DNA of 64,000 nt, taken from Thermoplasmata archaeon. GTDB lineage: Archaea; Thermoplasmatota; Thermoplasmata; Lutacidiplasmatales; UBA184. A model generated the notes under the pieces. The model saw only the letters and a program-made list of their open reading frames with translations. It ran no database searches and had not been told where the DNA came from. Both the position numbers and the translations under genes were made by a program. Position 1 is the stretch's first letter; the number at the start of each line of letters is the position of its first letter. The DNA is taken from positions 17,772 to 81,771 of the forward strand of contig JBJKRJ010000025.1 of NCBI GenBank assembly GCA_046704665.1. The letters are read 5' to 3'. Below are positions 47,409 through 56,442 of this stretch, one piece after another.

Positions 47409-48311
47409 ATGAGCACGGACCTCCCTCGGCCCCGGGTGTTGCTGGTCGGGGGCGCCGGGGGCCTCGTGGGCCGGCACCTGTTGGCCGAGTTCGGAGAGGA
47501 CTGGAGCGTCCGCTCCCTGCACCGGCACGCGACCCCACAAGAACGAGCGGCGGGGACCGAGTGGATCTACGGCGACGCGGCGACCGTTACCGATTGGAAG
47601 CCTCTCCTCGAGCACATCGATCTCGTGGTCAATCTGGCGTGGTACCGTTACGGGAACGAACGCCGGTTCGCGCCGCTCGCGGAAGGTATCCTCCGCCTGA
47701 TCCGGGCCGCGGAGGAGATGGAGGTCCCCCGGTTCGTCCACCTGAGTGTCCCGGACGCTCCCCGGTCGCTCGAGACCGGTCTCCCGTACCTCGTCCAGAA
47801 GCGAAGGGTCGATCGGGCCCTCGAAGCGAGCCAACTCTCGTACCTGATCCTGCGGCCGACGATGCTGTTTGCGCCGCGGGACGTCCTTCTGACCGTGATG
47901 ACCCGTTCGATCGCGCGCTACCACATCTTCCCGATGTTCGGGGACGGAGAGTATCACGTGAGCCCGATCGCCGCGCGCGACGTGGCACGGGCCCTCCGAT
48001 GCGAGATCGATCGGCCGGGCCGACGGAACATCACAGTCGGCGGTCCCGAGCGCTGGAAGTACCGGGACCTCACCGACCGGATCTTCCACGCGCTCGGTCT
48101 AAGGCCCCGGTACGTCCGTCTCTCTCCCGGGAATGCGATCCGCCTCGCCCGTTTCCTCGAGACCGTAGGATCCTCTCTGCTCTATGCCTACGAGGTCGAG
48201 TGGCTCCTCTCGGACATGCTGGGGCTTCCTCCGTACGAGGGCCTCTCCGCTCCGCTCGAACGAGTGGGGCCGTTCCTGGAGAGCGAGGTCGCTCGGCGCC
48301 GACGTGCCTGA
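47409..48311 (+). CDS. NAD(P)-binding Rossmann protein (atypical SDR / NmrA / epimerase-like)
   Basis: ATG at 47409. The product has VLLVGGAGGLVGRHL (GxxGxxG) and an extended-SDR-like length of 300 aa. Confidence 0.7.
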   Translation: MSTDLPRPRVLLVGGAGGLVGRHLLAEFGEDWSVRSLHRHATPQERAAGTEWIYGDAATVTDWKPLLEHIDLVVNLAWYRYGNERRFAPLAEGILRLIRAAEEMEVPRFVHLSVPDAPRSLETGLPYLVQKRRVDRALEASQLSYLILRPTMLFAPRDVLLTVMTRSIARYHIFPMFGDGEYHVSPIAARDVARALRCEIDRPGRRNITVGGPERWKYRDLTDRIFHALGLRPRYVRLSPGNAIRLARFLETVGSSLLYAYEVEWLLSDMLGLPPYEGLSAPLERVGPFLESEVARRRRA

Positions 48312-48382
48312 GGAGCTCGTCGCCGTCGGGCCCGGCTCGCCGTGCCTCGGGACCCCGAAGCTCTCTGACCCCGTCGGGTTAC

Positions 48383-48389
48383 TTTTAAA
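48383..48389 (+). promoter_or_regulatory. TATA box (TTTTAAA) for a leaderless transcript
   Basis: The only AT-rich heptamer in this intergenic region, centred about 30 nt upstream of the ATG at 48416. Confidence 0.55.
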
Positions 48390-48415
48390 CCACCATCCCT
48401 CCATCGCTACAGTCA

Positions 48416-49342
48416 ATGGAAGCGGTCGATCTCTCCACGCGTCTGACCGAGTTCTCCCAGGTCGCGGGGGAGGTACTTCGCGACGTGGAGGACGTGACCG
48501 AACAACAGATCCGGCACTGGATCGTGAACCCGTTCCTGGTGGCCCTCGGGTGGGACCCCCACGACAAGAAGCAGGTCTTCCTCGACTTCCCTGCGAAGTC
48601 CGGCGACGGGCCGGTCGACTACGCGCTCCTGAACTCCGAGAGCGAGCCCCGGCTCTTCCTCGATGTCCGCGAGCGCACGGCGAACGTCTCGGAGGCCGGC
48701 GAGGTCGTCGACCAGGCCAAGGAGGCGCGCGTTCCGCTCGCCCTCATCACCAACGGCCGCGAGTTCTCGCTCTGGTACGTCACCGCGAGCGAGTCGCCGG
48801 TACCGCTCTTCCTCCTTCCGCTGAAGGAGCTTCCGAACAACTCCGAAAGCCTGCTCGGACTGACCGCCGAGTACCGCCTGAGCGACAGTGGCATCGAGCA
48901 GCTGCGCCGCAGCGCGATCCGGCTCGCGGTCCTGGTCATGCTCGAGGAGAACGCCGAGAAGACGTTCGATGCGCTTGTCGACTGGGTCCAGGGCCAGGTC
49001 GCTCCGGGAGCCTTGGACGACGCCACGAGCCAGGCGATCCGGGACGCGACCCTGATCTGGCTCACGGAAGAGCATCTTACGTTGCCCGCGTTCCAGCCCC
49101 AGGAGGGAAAGCGCCACCACGAACTCCGTCCGACGACCGCGAAGGACTGGGAGCCGTTCCCGCGGGGCCCCGCCGGCACCTTCCAGTACCGCTTCGACTC
49201 CACGAAGACGCTCGACCTTCGCCAGAGCCCGAAGGAGGTCCGCGAACAGCTGCGGCTCCAGGGGCTCCGGACCCCGACCGCCACCGCCTACGGCGGGTTC
49301 TACCACTCGCTCCGCGCGCGGGCAGGCTTGGGCGCAAGGTAG
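48416..49342 (+). CDS. Orphan HSDR_N-like (type I restriction R-subunit N-terminal, PD-(D/E)xK-fold) protein with an unknown C-terminal half
   Basis: TEQQIRHWIVNPFLVALGWD...GPVDYALL...RLFLDVRER...ALITNGREFSLWY matches the HSDR_N pattern (E...D...(D/E)x(K/R)). There is no adjacent methylase, specificity or helicase gene. Confidence 0.6.
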   Translation: MEAVDLSTRLTEFSQVAGEVLRDVEDVTEQQIRHWIVNPFLVALGWDPHDKKQVFLDFPAKSGDGPVDYALLNSESEPRLFLDVRERTANVSEAGEVVDQAKEARVPLALITNGREFSLWYVTASESPVPLFLLPLKELPNNSESLLGLTAEYRLSDSGIEQLRRSAIRLAVLVMLEENAEKTFDALVDWVQGQVAPGALDDATSQAIRDATLIWLTEEHLTLPAFQPQEGKRHHELRPTTAKDWEPFPRGPAGTFQYRFDSTKTLDLRQSPKEVREQLRLQGLRTPTATAYGGFYHSLRARAGLGAR

Positions 49343-49460
49343 CCGCGTCCGCGGCACGGTGGCGGCTGCCACCCTTCTTGGGCCGGCCCCTCCGGCCGAT
49401 CGAAGGCCCGGGCGACGGCCGGGAGGAGGACCTACGGGTCGGTGTCCCGGGATGCCCGGC

Positions 49461-50495
49461 TCAGCGGAGCCAGATCAGATGGCTGTCCCCGAACTCGTGC
49501 CATAGGTAGCCTGCATCGACCGCCGCTCGGTACGCCCTCCGCACCCGCTCGATCCCCGCGAAACCGGCGAGGAGTGCGAGATGGGTCGAGACCTCCTCGT
49601 GGAAGCCGGTCAGGAGGCCGTCCAGCGACCGGACGGGTCGATCCGGTGCGATGTAGAGTCGCGTGAACCCGCGGCTCGGCCGAAGACCGCCGTCGTCGGT
49701 CGCCGACTCGAGCGCCCGCACGACGGTCGTCCCGACCCCGACGACGCGCCCGCCCCGCTCCCGGGCCGCGCGGATCTCGGCAACGGTCGTCGCCGGCACC
49801 TCGAACGGTTCGGGAAATACGGGCGGGTTCCACGGGCCGGCGTCCCCGACCTCGAGGCTCGAGACCCCCGCGTGCAGGAGGATGGGCGCCACGCGCACTC
49901 CGGCGGGCGCGAGCCGGTCGACCACGCGTCGCGTGAACGGCCGCCCCGCGCTCGGCATCTCGGCGCTCCCCGGCACCCGGCCGAAGACCGTCTGATATGC
50001 GGGGAGAGGATACTCCGACGCGAGGTAGCCGTACCGGATCGGACGGCCGAGGTGCGCCATCGCCGGTCCTAGGTCGCGATCGGCGCGGAAGAATCCGAGG
50101 CGGGGGATCCCGGGGAACTCGGCGACGTACCGGCCGGGGACCCCTCCGAGCTCGACCTCGTCGCCCGGGGAAAGCGGGAGCGGCCCGGGCCGCGCGAAGT
50201 CCCAGCGAGGTTCGATCAACCACAGCTCCCGGCCGTACGCGGTGGAGATGCTCGCGCGGAAGTCGCCGAAGTCGCACCGCGCCGGGAGGCTCGCGGCCAC
50301 GGTCGCGCTCTCGTTGACGACGAGCAGGTCCCCGGCGCGCAGGAGCTCGGGGAGTTCGGAGAATCGATGGTGGTGCTCCCCCGTGGCGTCGCTCACCAGG
50401 AGGCGAATCCCATCGCGTGGAACCCCCCGGTCCTCGGGCGTATTGGTGGCTCCGAGCTCCCGAGGCACCGGGAAGCCGAGGGTTGGCCCCTTCAC
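49461..50495 (-). CDS. QueA-like protein (S-adenosylmethionine:tRNA ribosyltransferase-isomerase family)
   Basis: GTG at 50495 forms a GTGA overlap with the SDR stop (alternative ATG at 50510). The product has LLVVNES, QTVFGRVPGSAEMPSAGRPFT, ILLHAGVSS, GTTVVRALES and HEFGDSHLI-type QueA motifs. Confidence 0.8.
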   Translation of the reverse strand: MKGPTLGFPVPRELGATNTPEDRGVPRDGIRLLVSDATGEHHHRFSELPELLRAGDLLVVNESATVAASLPARCDFGDFRASISTAYGRELWLIEPRWDFARPGPLPLSPGDEVELGGVPGRYVAEFPGIPRLGFFRADRDLGPAMAHLGRPIRYGYLASEYPLPAYQTVFGRVPGSAEMPSAGRPFTRRVVDRLAPAGVRVAPILLHAGVSSLEVGDAGPWNPPVFPEPFEVPATTVAEIRAARERGGRVVGVGTTVVRALESATDDGGLRPSRGFTRLYIAPDRPVRSLDGLLTGFHEEVSTHLALLAGFAGIERVRRAYRAAVDAGYLWHEFGDSHLIWLR

Positions 50496-51232
50496 GCCCG
50501 GACCTCCCATCGGTCGGCCTGAGCGCGGAACCTCTGGCCCGAGACGGCCTCCCGAGGCTGGTTCAGGAGCCATGCCCAGAACGGAACGGTCACCTCGGGG
50601 AGCGGCCGATCGGAGATGTCCTCCCCGGGGTAGGCCGCCTGATGCATCGCGGTCCTCAGGTCGCCGGGGTCGACCGTGACGACCGAGATCCCGAGCTCTT
50701 GGAGCTCGTTCGCGAGGGTCCGGCTGACGAGGTCGAGCGCCGCCTTGCTCGCGCCATAGCCCCCCCAGCCCGGGTAGCCACCCACGGCGGCATCGCTCGA
50801 GATGTTCACCACGAGTCCCCGACGACGGGAGAGCGCGGGGGCGAGCTCCTGGACCAGGGCCACCGGGGCGGCGACGTTCGTCCGGTAGATCCTCTCGAGC
50901 TCCGGGACCGGGAGGTCGAGCAGTCGCTTAAGGGGGCTCGGGCCGAGCTCGCTCGCGTTGTTTACGAGCAGGTCGAGGCCCCCGACGCCCTCGACGAGAG
51001 CGCGGAGCTCCTGGCGATGACGCGGGTCGGTGACGTCCCCGGGCACGGTCCGCACTGCGGACCCGAACACCCGTACCGACTCGGAGACCCCGAGCAGGCC
51101 GGGCCCGCCCCGGGCGGTCAGGAGGAGGTCGAATCCCTCACCGGCGAGGAACCGTGCGATCGTTCGGCCGAGACCCCGGCTCCCTCCCGTGACGAGGGCG
51201 AGCGGGCGGCCCGCGGCATCCCGTCCGCTCAT
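50492..51232 (-). CDS. Short-chain dehydrogenase/reductase
   Basis: ATG at 51232 (ATGA overlap with the regulator stop). The product has VTGGSRGLGR, NNAS and the YGASKAAL catalytic motif. Confidence 0.9.
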   Translation of the reverse strand: MSGRDAAGRPLALVTGGSRGLGRTIARFLAGEGFDLLLTARGGPGLLGVSESVRVFGSAVRTVPGDVTDPRHRQELRALVEGVGGLDLLVNNASELGPSPLKRLLDLPVPELERIYRTNVAAPVALVQELAPALSRRRGLVVNISSDAAVGGYPGWGGYGASKAALDLVSRTLANELQELGISVVTVDPGDLRTAMHQAAYPGEDISDRPLPEVTVPFWAWLLNQPREAVSGQRFRAQADRWEVRA

Positions 51233-51891
51233 GGGGGCGACCTTCGGTCTCGGACCAGGAAACGGCACACCGGGTCGCCGGCGACGACGCGATGGGCGAC
51301 GTCGATCCGCGCATGGAGGAGCGACTCGAACATGCGGCGCTCGGTCTCGCAGGCCTCCGGGAACCGCTGGGCGATCGCGAGGATCGGACAGTTGTGCTCG
51401 ACCATCTCGACCGTTCCCCCGTGCCGGCCCGCGAGCTCGGCCATGTAGCCGGACTCGGTACGGATGCGGACGAGCTCTTCGACCCGCCGGGGGAGCGCCC
51501 CCTCGACGAGCCGGTGCCGGCTCTTGTCGGCGACCTCGCGGGCGCGCTGAGCCAGGAGCTCGGCGACGGCAGGACGCCCGAGCCTCCGTTCGATGAACTC
51601 GAGCGCGCACAGCGACATCTCCGAGTATCCCTGAGGAAAGAGGGCGGAGGCACCCGAAGAGAGCCGGAACTGCACCCGGGGCCGGCCGACCTTTCCGGCA
51701 CGGTACGAGCGCTCGATGAGTCCGCCGGCCTCGAGCCGGGTCAAGTGACCGAGCGCCGCGACCTTCGAGATCCGGAGCTCCTGCGCGATCTCTTCGAGGG
51801 ACGTGTCGGGCCGCCGCTTCAGCAACAGGAGGATGCCCCGCTTCGGCGAAGAGTATCCGGTCGCGTCGCTCACGGCTTCCGGTGTCGCCAT
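51229..51891 (-). CDS. ArsR-type winged-helix regulator with a C-terminal 4-Cys domain (SufR-like)
   Basis: ATG at 51891 (MATPEAV) is favoured by TATA spacing; the ORF track start is 51930. The HTH is LEEIAQELRISKVAALGHLTRLEAGGLI. The C-terminus has SLCALEF, EHNCPILAIAQRFPEACETE and DPVCRF, resembling the Fe-S-binding SufR layout. Confidence 0.7.
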   Translation of the reverse strand: MATPEAVSDATGYSSPKRGILLLLKRRPDTSLEEIAQELRISKVAALGHLTRLEAGGLIERSYRAGKVGRPRVQFRLSSGASALFPQGYSEMSLCALEFIERRLGRPAVAELLAQRAREVADKSRHRLVEGALPRRVEELVRIRTESGYMAELAGRHGGTVEMVEHNCPILAIAQRFPEACETERRMFESLLHARIDVAHRVVAGDPVCRFLVRDRRSPP

Positions 51892-51913
51892 CGAACGGGA
51901 CACGCCGTTCCCA

Positions 51914-51919
51914 TTTATA
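51914..51919 (-). promoter_or_regulatory. TATA box (TATAAA on the minus strand)
   Basis: Forward TTTATA at 51914-51919, centred about 25 nt upstream of the ATG at 51891, within the AT-rich stretch 51911-51945. Confidence 0.5.
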
Positions 51920-52083
51920 CACTGATTCATTTACAAACTGAAACAAGCCGTACGAGCCGTACCGCGAACCGCACTCGGCGGGATCGGAGCGCGGAGGGAG
52001 TCGTGTCCTCCGGTACGACGGGGCGCTCCGTTCCGTGAGGAGCGACCAAGGGGACCGGGCTCTCCGGCGAACCGAGGGATGCG

Positions 52084-53025
52084 TCACCCCGGCGGCCGCA
52101 GGAACGTGAGCGCTCCCGGGAGCACCTCGTACCGCGCCGGGAGACGACCCACGATGTCCCCGTCGGCCTCTACGAGCGCCGACGGGTCGTCCGTTCGGAC
52201 CGTGAGGTTCCGCACGGTCCAAGAGCGGAGCTCGGGCAGCGAGAGGTGGGTCCCGGAACGGAACCGTCGGAGGCCCGAAAGGAGACGCAGCCGACCGACG
52301 GGACCGACCCGCAGGACCTCGAGCAGACCGTCGGTTGGATCGGCCCGCGGAGAGCTCAGCATCCCGCTCCCCGAGTACCTCCCGTTCGTCACGAGGAGGT
52401 TCATGGCGTCGGCCTCATCCGCGGGACCCGAGTCGCGCTCGAGAGTGTAGCGGTGGGGACGCGCACGAACGATCTCCCGGAACACCGCCCGGGTGTACGC
52501 CCGCTGGTCGGCGGGCCGATGACCAAGGGCGACCCGCCGTACGACGGTGGCGCCGAAGCCAAGGTACGACTGGTTGATCCAGTGGGTCGAACGGGCGGGG
52601 CGCTCGTCCTCAAAGGTGATCCGTCCGGCGTCGACCGAAACCGGCCGGGCGGAACGTAGCGCACGGAGGGCGGCGAACGGATCCAGAGGGATCCCGAGCC
52701 CGCGAGCGAAGTCATTGCCGCTCCCGAGAGGCAGGACCCCGAGGGACGGCCGTTGGACCCCGGAGGCGCCGGCCGTGAGGAGGGCATCGGCCACCTGGTG
52801 GAGGGTGCCGTCGCCACCGACGACCACGATGCGATCGACCCCGGAGCGAAGCAGCTCCCCCACCGCGGCCCGCTCGTCTCCGGCGCGGGTCGTGGTCCGG
52901 AAGACGGCGTCGGGGAACTCGCGACGGACCTCGATCACTAGACGGTCCCATCGCGCGCGACCCTCGCTGCGGCCGGCGACCGGGTTCGCGATCACACCGG
53001 TACGGCCCGGCGGCCGGTCAGTCAT
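52084..53025 (-). CDS. Diacylglycerol/lipid kinase family protein (YegS/LCB5-like)
   Basis: VIANPVAGR, VVVGGDGTLHQV and LPLGSGNDFAR motifs. Confidence 0.88.
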   Translation of the reverse strand: MTDRPPGRTGVIANPVAGRSEGRARWDRLVIEVRREFPDAVFRTTTRAGDERAAVGELLRSGVDRIVVVGGDGTLHQVADALLTAGASGVQRPSLGVLPLGSGNDFARGLGIPLDPFAALRALRSARPVSVDAGRITFEDERPARSTHWINQSYLGFGATVVRRVALGHRPADQRAYTRAVFREIVRARPHRYTLERDSGPADEADAMNLLVTNGRYSGSGMLSSPRADPTDGLLEVLRVGPVGRLRLLSGLRRFRSGTHLSLPELRSWTVRNLTVRTDDPSALVEADGDIVGRLPARYEVLPGALTFLRPPG

Positions 53026-54616
53026 CGTGAGACCCCTCGAGCGCCCGATGATCGCTTCTCAGGTGTGTGCGGTACTTCTCCGCGAGCGCTTCGGCGTGGG
53101 CCGGCGCGCCCTCGGGAGTGGGGGAGGCCATCATCCGGGCTACGGCCGCAAGCACCGCATCGAAGCCGGGCTCGCGTCGCGTCAGGGCGTGCAGGCGGCG
53201 ATCGACCAAGTCCTCGAGCGTCTCCGCGAGCAGCTGTTCTTTCGCCTCCCGGACCCGACGCTCGAGTTCGGCCCAGTCCTCGAGGGCCGGGGTGCGACTC
53301 AGCCGGGCTACGAGTTCTGAGGCCGGGGCCCACCCCGCGCGGGCCGCCGGGACCGCCGGGGGCTCGGTGCCTTTCCTCGCGAACGCAGGGCCGGCGACCG
53401 ACCGCGGTCGCGGTGGTAGGGGAAAGAGGGAGAGGACCCGCTCCGCCATCCTCTGATGGGTGGTCAGCTTCCCTCCGGCGACCGCGACCGCTCCCCGAGG
53501 GTCGTAGACCTCGACGTCCTCCCGGGAGAGCTCGGAGGGAGTCGAGGCGCTCGCCTCGAGCAAGGGGCGCACACCGGCATACGTGTCGACGACATCCGGC
53601 CGATCGAACGGGACGCGGGGGAAGCCGCGTCGAAGGGTGCCGAGGAGATAGTCGATGTCCGAGATCTCAGGAACCGCGGATCCCGGGTCCCCTCGATAGA
53701 CCGTGTCGGTGGTGCCTACCACGAGGAGCGAGCCGTACGGGAGCACAAAGGTCGGCCGCCGGTCGGGTCCCTCGAGCACCACGGCGACGTCCAGTGGGAG
53801 CTTCTCCCTTCGAAAGACCAGGTGGATCCCCTTGGAGGGGGCGAGGCGGGGGCTCGAGGGCGCGACACGGCGCCGTCCCATCCATGCACCCGTCGCTTCG
53901 ACGAGACAGCGAGCCACCACTCGGTATTCCCTGCCCCCGATACGATCGGTCACTTCGACCGAGAACCCTCCCTCCGGGCGTGCCTCGGCCGCCGTGACCT
54001 CGGCATGGTTCAGCACGACCGCTCCGTCCTGGAGCGCCGACGCGACACGGAGCCAGGTCAGGGCGACGTCGTCGACGATCGCCTCGGTGTAGAGCACCGC
54101 ACCCCGCAGTCCTTCCGGGTCGAGCGCCGGGACCCGGGCGAGCGTCTCGGAGCGGGTCAGAACCCGTCGAGGGCCGAGGTGGTGGCCCCACGCCAGTCGC
54201 TCGTACAGCCACGTCCCGAAACGGTTGCGCAGGACCTCGGTCGTGCTTCCTCGGAGTGGCAGGAGGAACGGTTCGAGCTGCGCCCAGGCGGGACCGGCCT
54301 CGTGGAACACGCGGGCCCGCTCGCGCAACGCTTCCCGGACCAGACGAACGTGGCCTTGGGCCAGGTAGCGGAGCCCTCCGTGCAGGAGCTTCGAAGTGTG
54401 GCCGGAGGCCCCGCATCCGAAGTCCTCGCGTTCGAGGAGTGCGACCGAAAGGCCCCGATGGGCCGCCTCGGCGGCGATCGCCGATCCCGTGATCCCTCCG
54501 CCGACCACGACCAGGTCGAACGAGACGGTCCCGAGGTGGTGCAGCCGCTCTGCGCGCGTTGGGACCGGCGGACCGGTACGATCGTGCAGGGGGTGCGCCG
54601 GGTCGCTTGGGGACAT
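53018..54616 (-). CDS. glpD: FAD-dependent glycerol-3-phosphate dehydrogenase
   Basis: DLVVVGGGITGSAIA (FAD-binding), SGHTSKLLHGGLRYL and a C-terminal GlpD-type domain. It overlaps the downstream kinase gene by 8 nt. Confidence 0.88.
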   Translation of the reverse strand: MSPSDPAHPLHDRTGPPVPTRAERLHHLGTVSFDLVVVGGGITGSAIAAEAAHRGLSVALLEREDFGCGASGHTSKLLHGGLRYLAQGHVRLVREALRERARVFHEAGPAWAQLEPFLLPLRGSTTEVLRNRFGTWLYERLAWGHHLGPRRVLTRSETLARVPALDPEGLRGAVLYTEAIVDDVALTWLRVASALQDGAVVLNHAEVTAAEARPEGGFSVEVTDRIGGREYRVVARCLVEATGAWMGRRRVAPSSPRLAPSKGIHLVFRREKLPLDVAVVLEGPDRRPTFVLPYGSLLVVGTTDTVYRGDPGSAVPEISDIDYLLGTLRRGFPRVPFDRPDVVDTYAGVRPLLEASASTPSELSREDVEVYDPRGAVAVAGGKLTTHQRMAERVLSLFPLPPRPRSVAGPAFARKGTEPPAVPAARAGWAPASELVARLSRTPALEDWAELERRVREAKEQLLAETLEDLVDRRLHALTRREPGFDAVLAAVARMMASPTPEGAPAHAEALAEKYRTHLRSDHRALEGSHDD

Positions 54617-54619
54617 GTC

Positions 54620-56290
54620 TCACCCCAAGGGGAGCGTCTTCCCCGGGTTCATGATCCCGTTCGGGTCCCACCGTGCCTTGAGCGTCCCGAGGCCCTGGAC
54701 CCATTCCGGGGGGAACGAGCGTTCGACCCAGGGCCGATGGTACGTGCCGATCCCATGGTGGTGGGTGACGGTTCCGCCGGCGTCGACGACCGCATCGGCC
54801 GTGGTCTCCTTGAAGGCCCGGGCGGCCGATTCGACGGGCCCGGGCGGACGGACTGCCATCACCGTGAAGTACGCCGCCGTTCCGTCAGGGACGGGATGGG
54901 AGAGGTGGGTCCCCACGAGCGCGGGGATACCATGGTCCTCGGCCCAGCTTGCGACCGAAGACCGAGCGGCCCGCACCACGCCGCCGAGCCGCTCCCAACC
55001 CGCGAACGTCTCGAACGTCTCGGCGAACCACCCTGTCTCGATGAGATCGTCCCTCAGGTACGGTGGGCGGAACCGTCCGCGTTCCCAGGCACGGCCGACG
55101 GCCGCGGGGAGCGAAACGGCCCCGCTCGCGCGCAGCACCGAGCGCGCCTCGGCGGATCCCGATGCGACCTCCCCGGCCGGACCTTCGTAGGAACCGATGA
55201 GCAGGCAGGTATCCCCACCGGGCCGCCGGCGGAACCCGAGACCCCGTGCTGCGATCCGACGCCAGAGCTCTCGGCGGCCTCCCTCTTCCCATCCGCTCTC
55301 CGCGAGGGTAAGGTCCGTCTCCGGTCCGTCGGAAAGACGTAGTACGGCCGGTCGCGGCGTGGCGGTCGCGAGCCGTCGTGTCGCCTCCACGCCGACCTCC
55401 CAATCCGGAAAGACCGCGGAGATGAATCTCGTGCGCTGAGGAATGCGCTCGACCCGGAGCGTGGCCGAAACTAGGATGCCAAGGGTCCCTTCGCTGCCCG
55501 GCACAATCTCTCCCGGATCCGGGTCAATGGTCGACCGTTCCCCGCGATGCCACTCGATCCGTCCCGCGGGGGTGACGAGCACGAACCCTTCGAGTCGGTC
55601 GGCGGGGGTAGAGTAGAGGGTCGAGGCCTGTCCGTACGAACGGGTGAGGATCCAACCCCCGAGCGACGACTGCTCGAACGATTGGGGGAAGTGTCCGAGG
55701 GTCCAGCCGTGAGGGCGCAGGGCGGCCTCGAGGTCGGGTCCGCGGATCCCCGCCCCGAAGGTGGCGAGCCGCCGGCCGGGGTCGAACGGGCCGGCGTGGT
55801 CGAGGTGGCGGAGCGAGACCGAGACCGCGGCCCGTAGCCCGTTCCGACACGGCTCGAGCCCCCCGACCACCGAGGTCCCCCCTCCGCGGGGAACGAGCGC
55901 GACTCTGCGCTCGTCGGCCCAGCGCACGATCGACTCGACCTCTCCGGTCGAGGTCGGCTCGACCACGGCATCGACCGCGTCGGTGACGGACCCCGCGCGC
56001 GATCGAGCGACGTCCTGGTACGACCCTCCGAGGGAGGCAAGGAAGCGCGAGGCATCGTCCCGGAGGAGGGCGTGGGGCCCGAGGCGTGCCGCGAGGATCG
56101 ATAGGTCCTCGTCGGAGAGCCGGGGTACCGGGAGGCGGGGGAGCGTCCCGGGAGCAGGAGGAGGCGGCGGACGCCCGCCCAGATGCCCGGCGAGGTAGCG
56201 AAGCAGCCGCTCCCGCCCTCGGTTCGGATAGCGGACCCGGGGATCTCCCCACCGCCAAGGGATCGAACGGCTGCCCTGCGGGCCGTTCAC
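54620..56290 (-). CDS. FAD-linked oxidase of the alkyl-dihydroxyacetonephosphate-synthase-like (PCMH/VAO) type
   Basis: GTG start at 56290. The product has an N-terminal WRWG segment, an FAD-binding PCMH region (VVEPTSTGEVESIVRWA...ALVPRGGGTSVVGG) and a C-terminal HHHGIG motif. Confidence 0.75.
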   Translation of the reverse strand: MNGPQGSRSIPWRWGDPRVRYPNRGRERLLRYLAGHLGGRPPPPPAPGTLPRLPVPRLSDEDLSILAARLGPHALLRDDASRFLASLGGSYQDVARSRAGSVTDAVDAVVEPTSTGEVESIVRWADERRVALVPRGGGTSVVGGLEPCRNGLRAAVSVSLRHLDHAGPFDPGRRLATFGAGIRGPDLEAALRPHGWTLGHFPQSFEQSSLGGWILTRSYGQASTLYSTPADRLEGFVLVTPAGRIEWHRGERSTIDPDPGEIVPGSEGTLGILVSATLRVERIPQRTRFISAVFPDWEVGVEATRRLATATPRPAVLRLSDGPETDLTLAESGWEEGGRRELWRRIAARGLGFRRRPGGDTCLLIGSYEGPAGEVASGSAEARSVLRASGAVSLPAAVGRAWERGRFRPPYLRDDLIETGWFAETFETFAGWERLGGVVRAARSSVASWAEDHGIPALVGTHLSHPVPDGTAAYFTVMAVRPPGPVESAARAFKETTADAVVDAGGTVTHHHGIGTYHRPWVERSFPPEWVQGLGTLKARWDPNGIMNPGKTLPLG

Positions 56291-56416
56291 CTCGGGACGA
56301 GCGACGCGTTCCGCATAACGGCTTGGGACGCTTCGCCTCTTGGCCCGCGGGCCCCGCTTCCGACGCGCCTCCGTCCCGCTCTTCTACGCGTGCCGCCTCG
56401 TGAGGGAGGATTAATA

Positions 56417-56426
56417 CGTATATACG
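56417..56426 (+). promoter_or_regulatory. Palindromic AT-rich box CGTATATACG (TATA-like)
   Basis: Perfect 10-bp palindrome within TTAATACGTATATACG, centred about 22 nt upstream of the ATG at 56443 in a divergent intergenic region. Confidence 0.45.
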
Positions 56427-56442
56427 CGCATAACTCACCACC

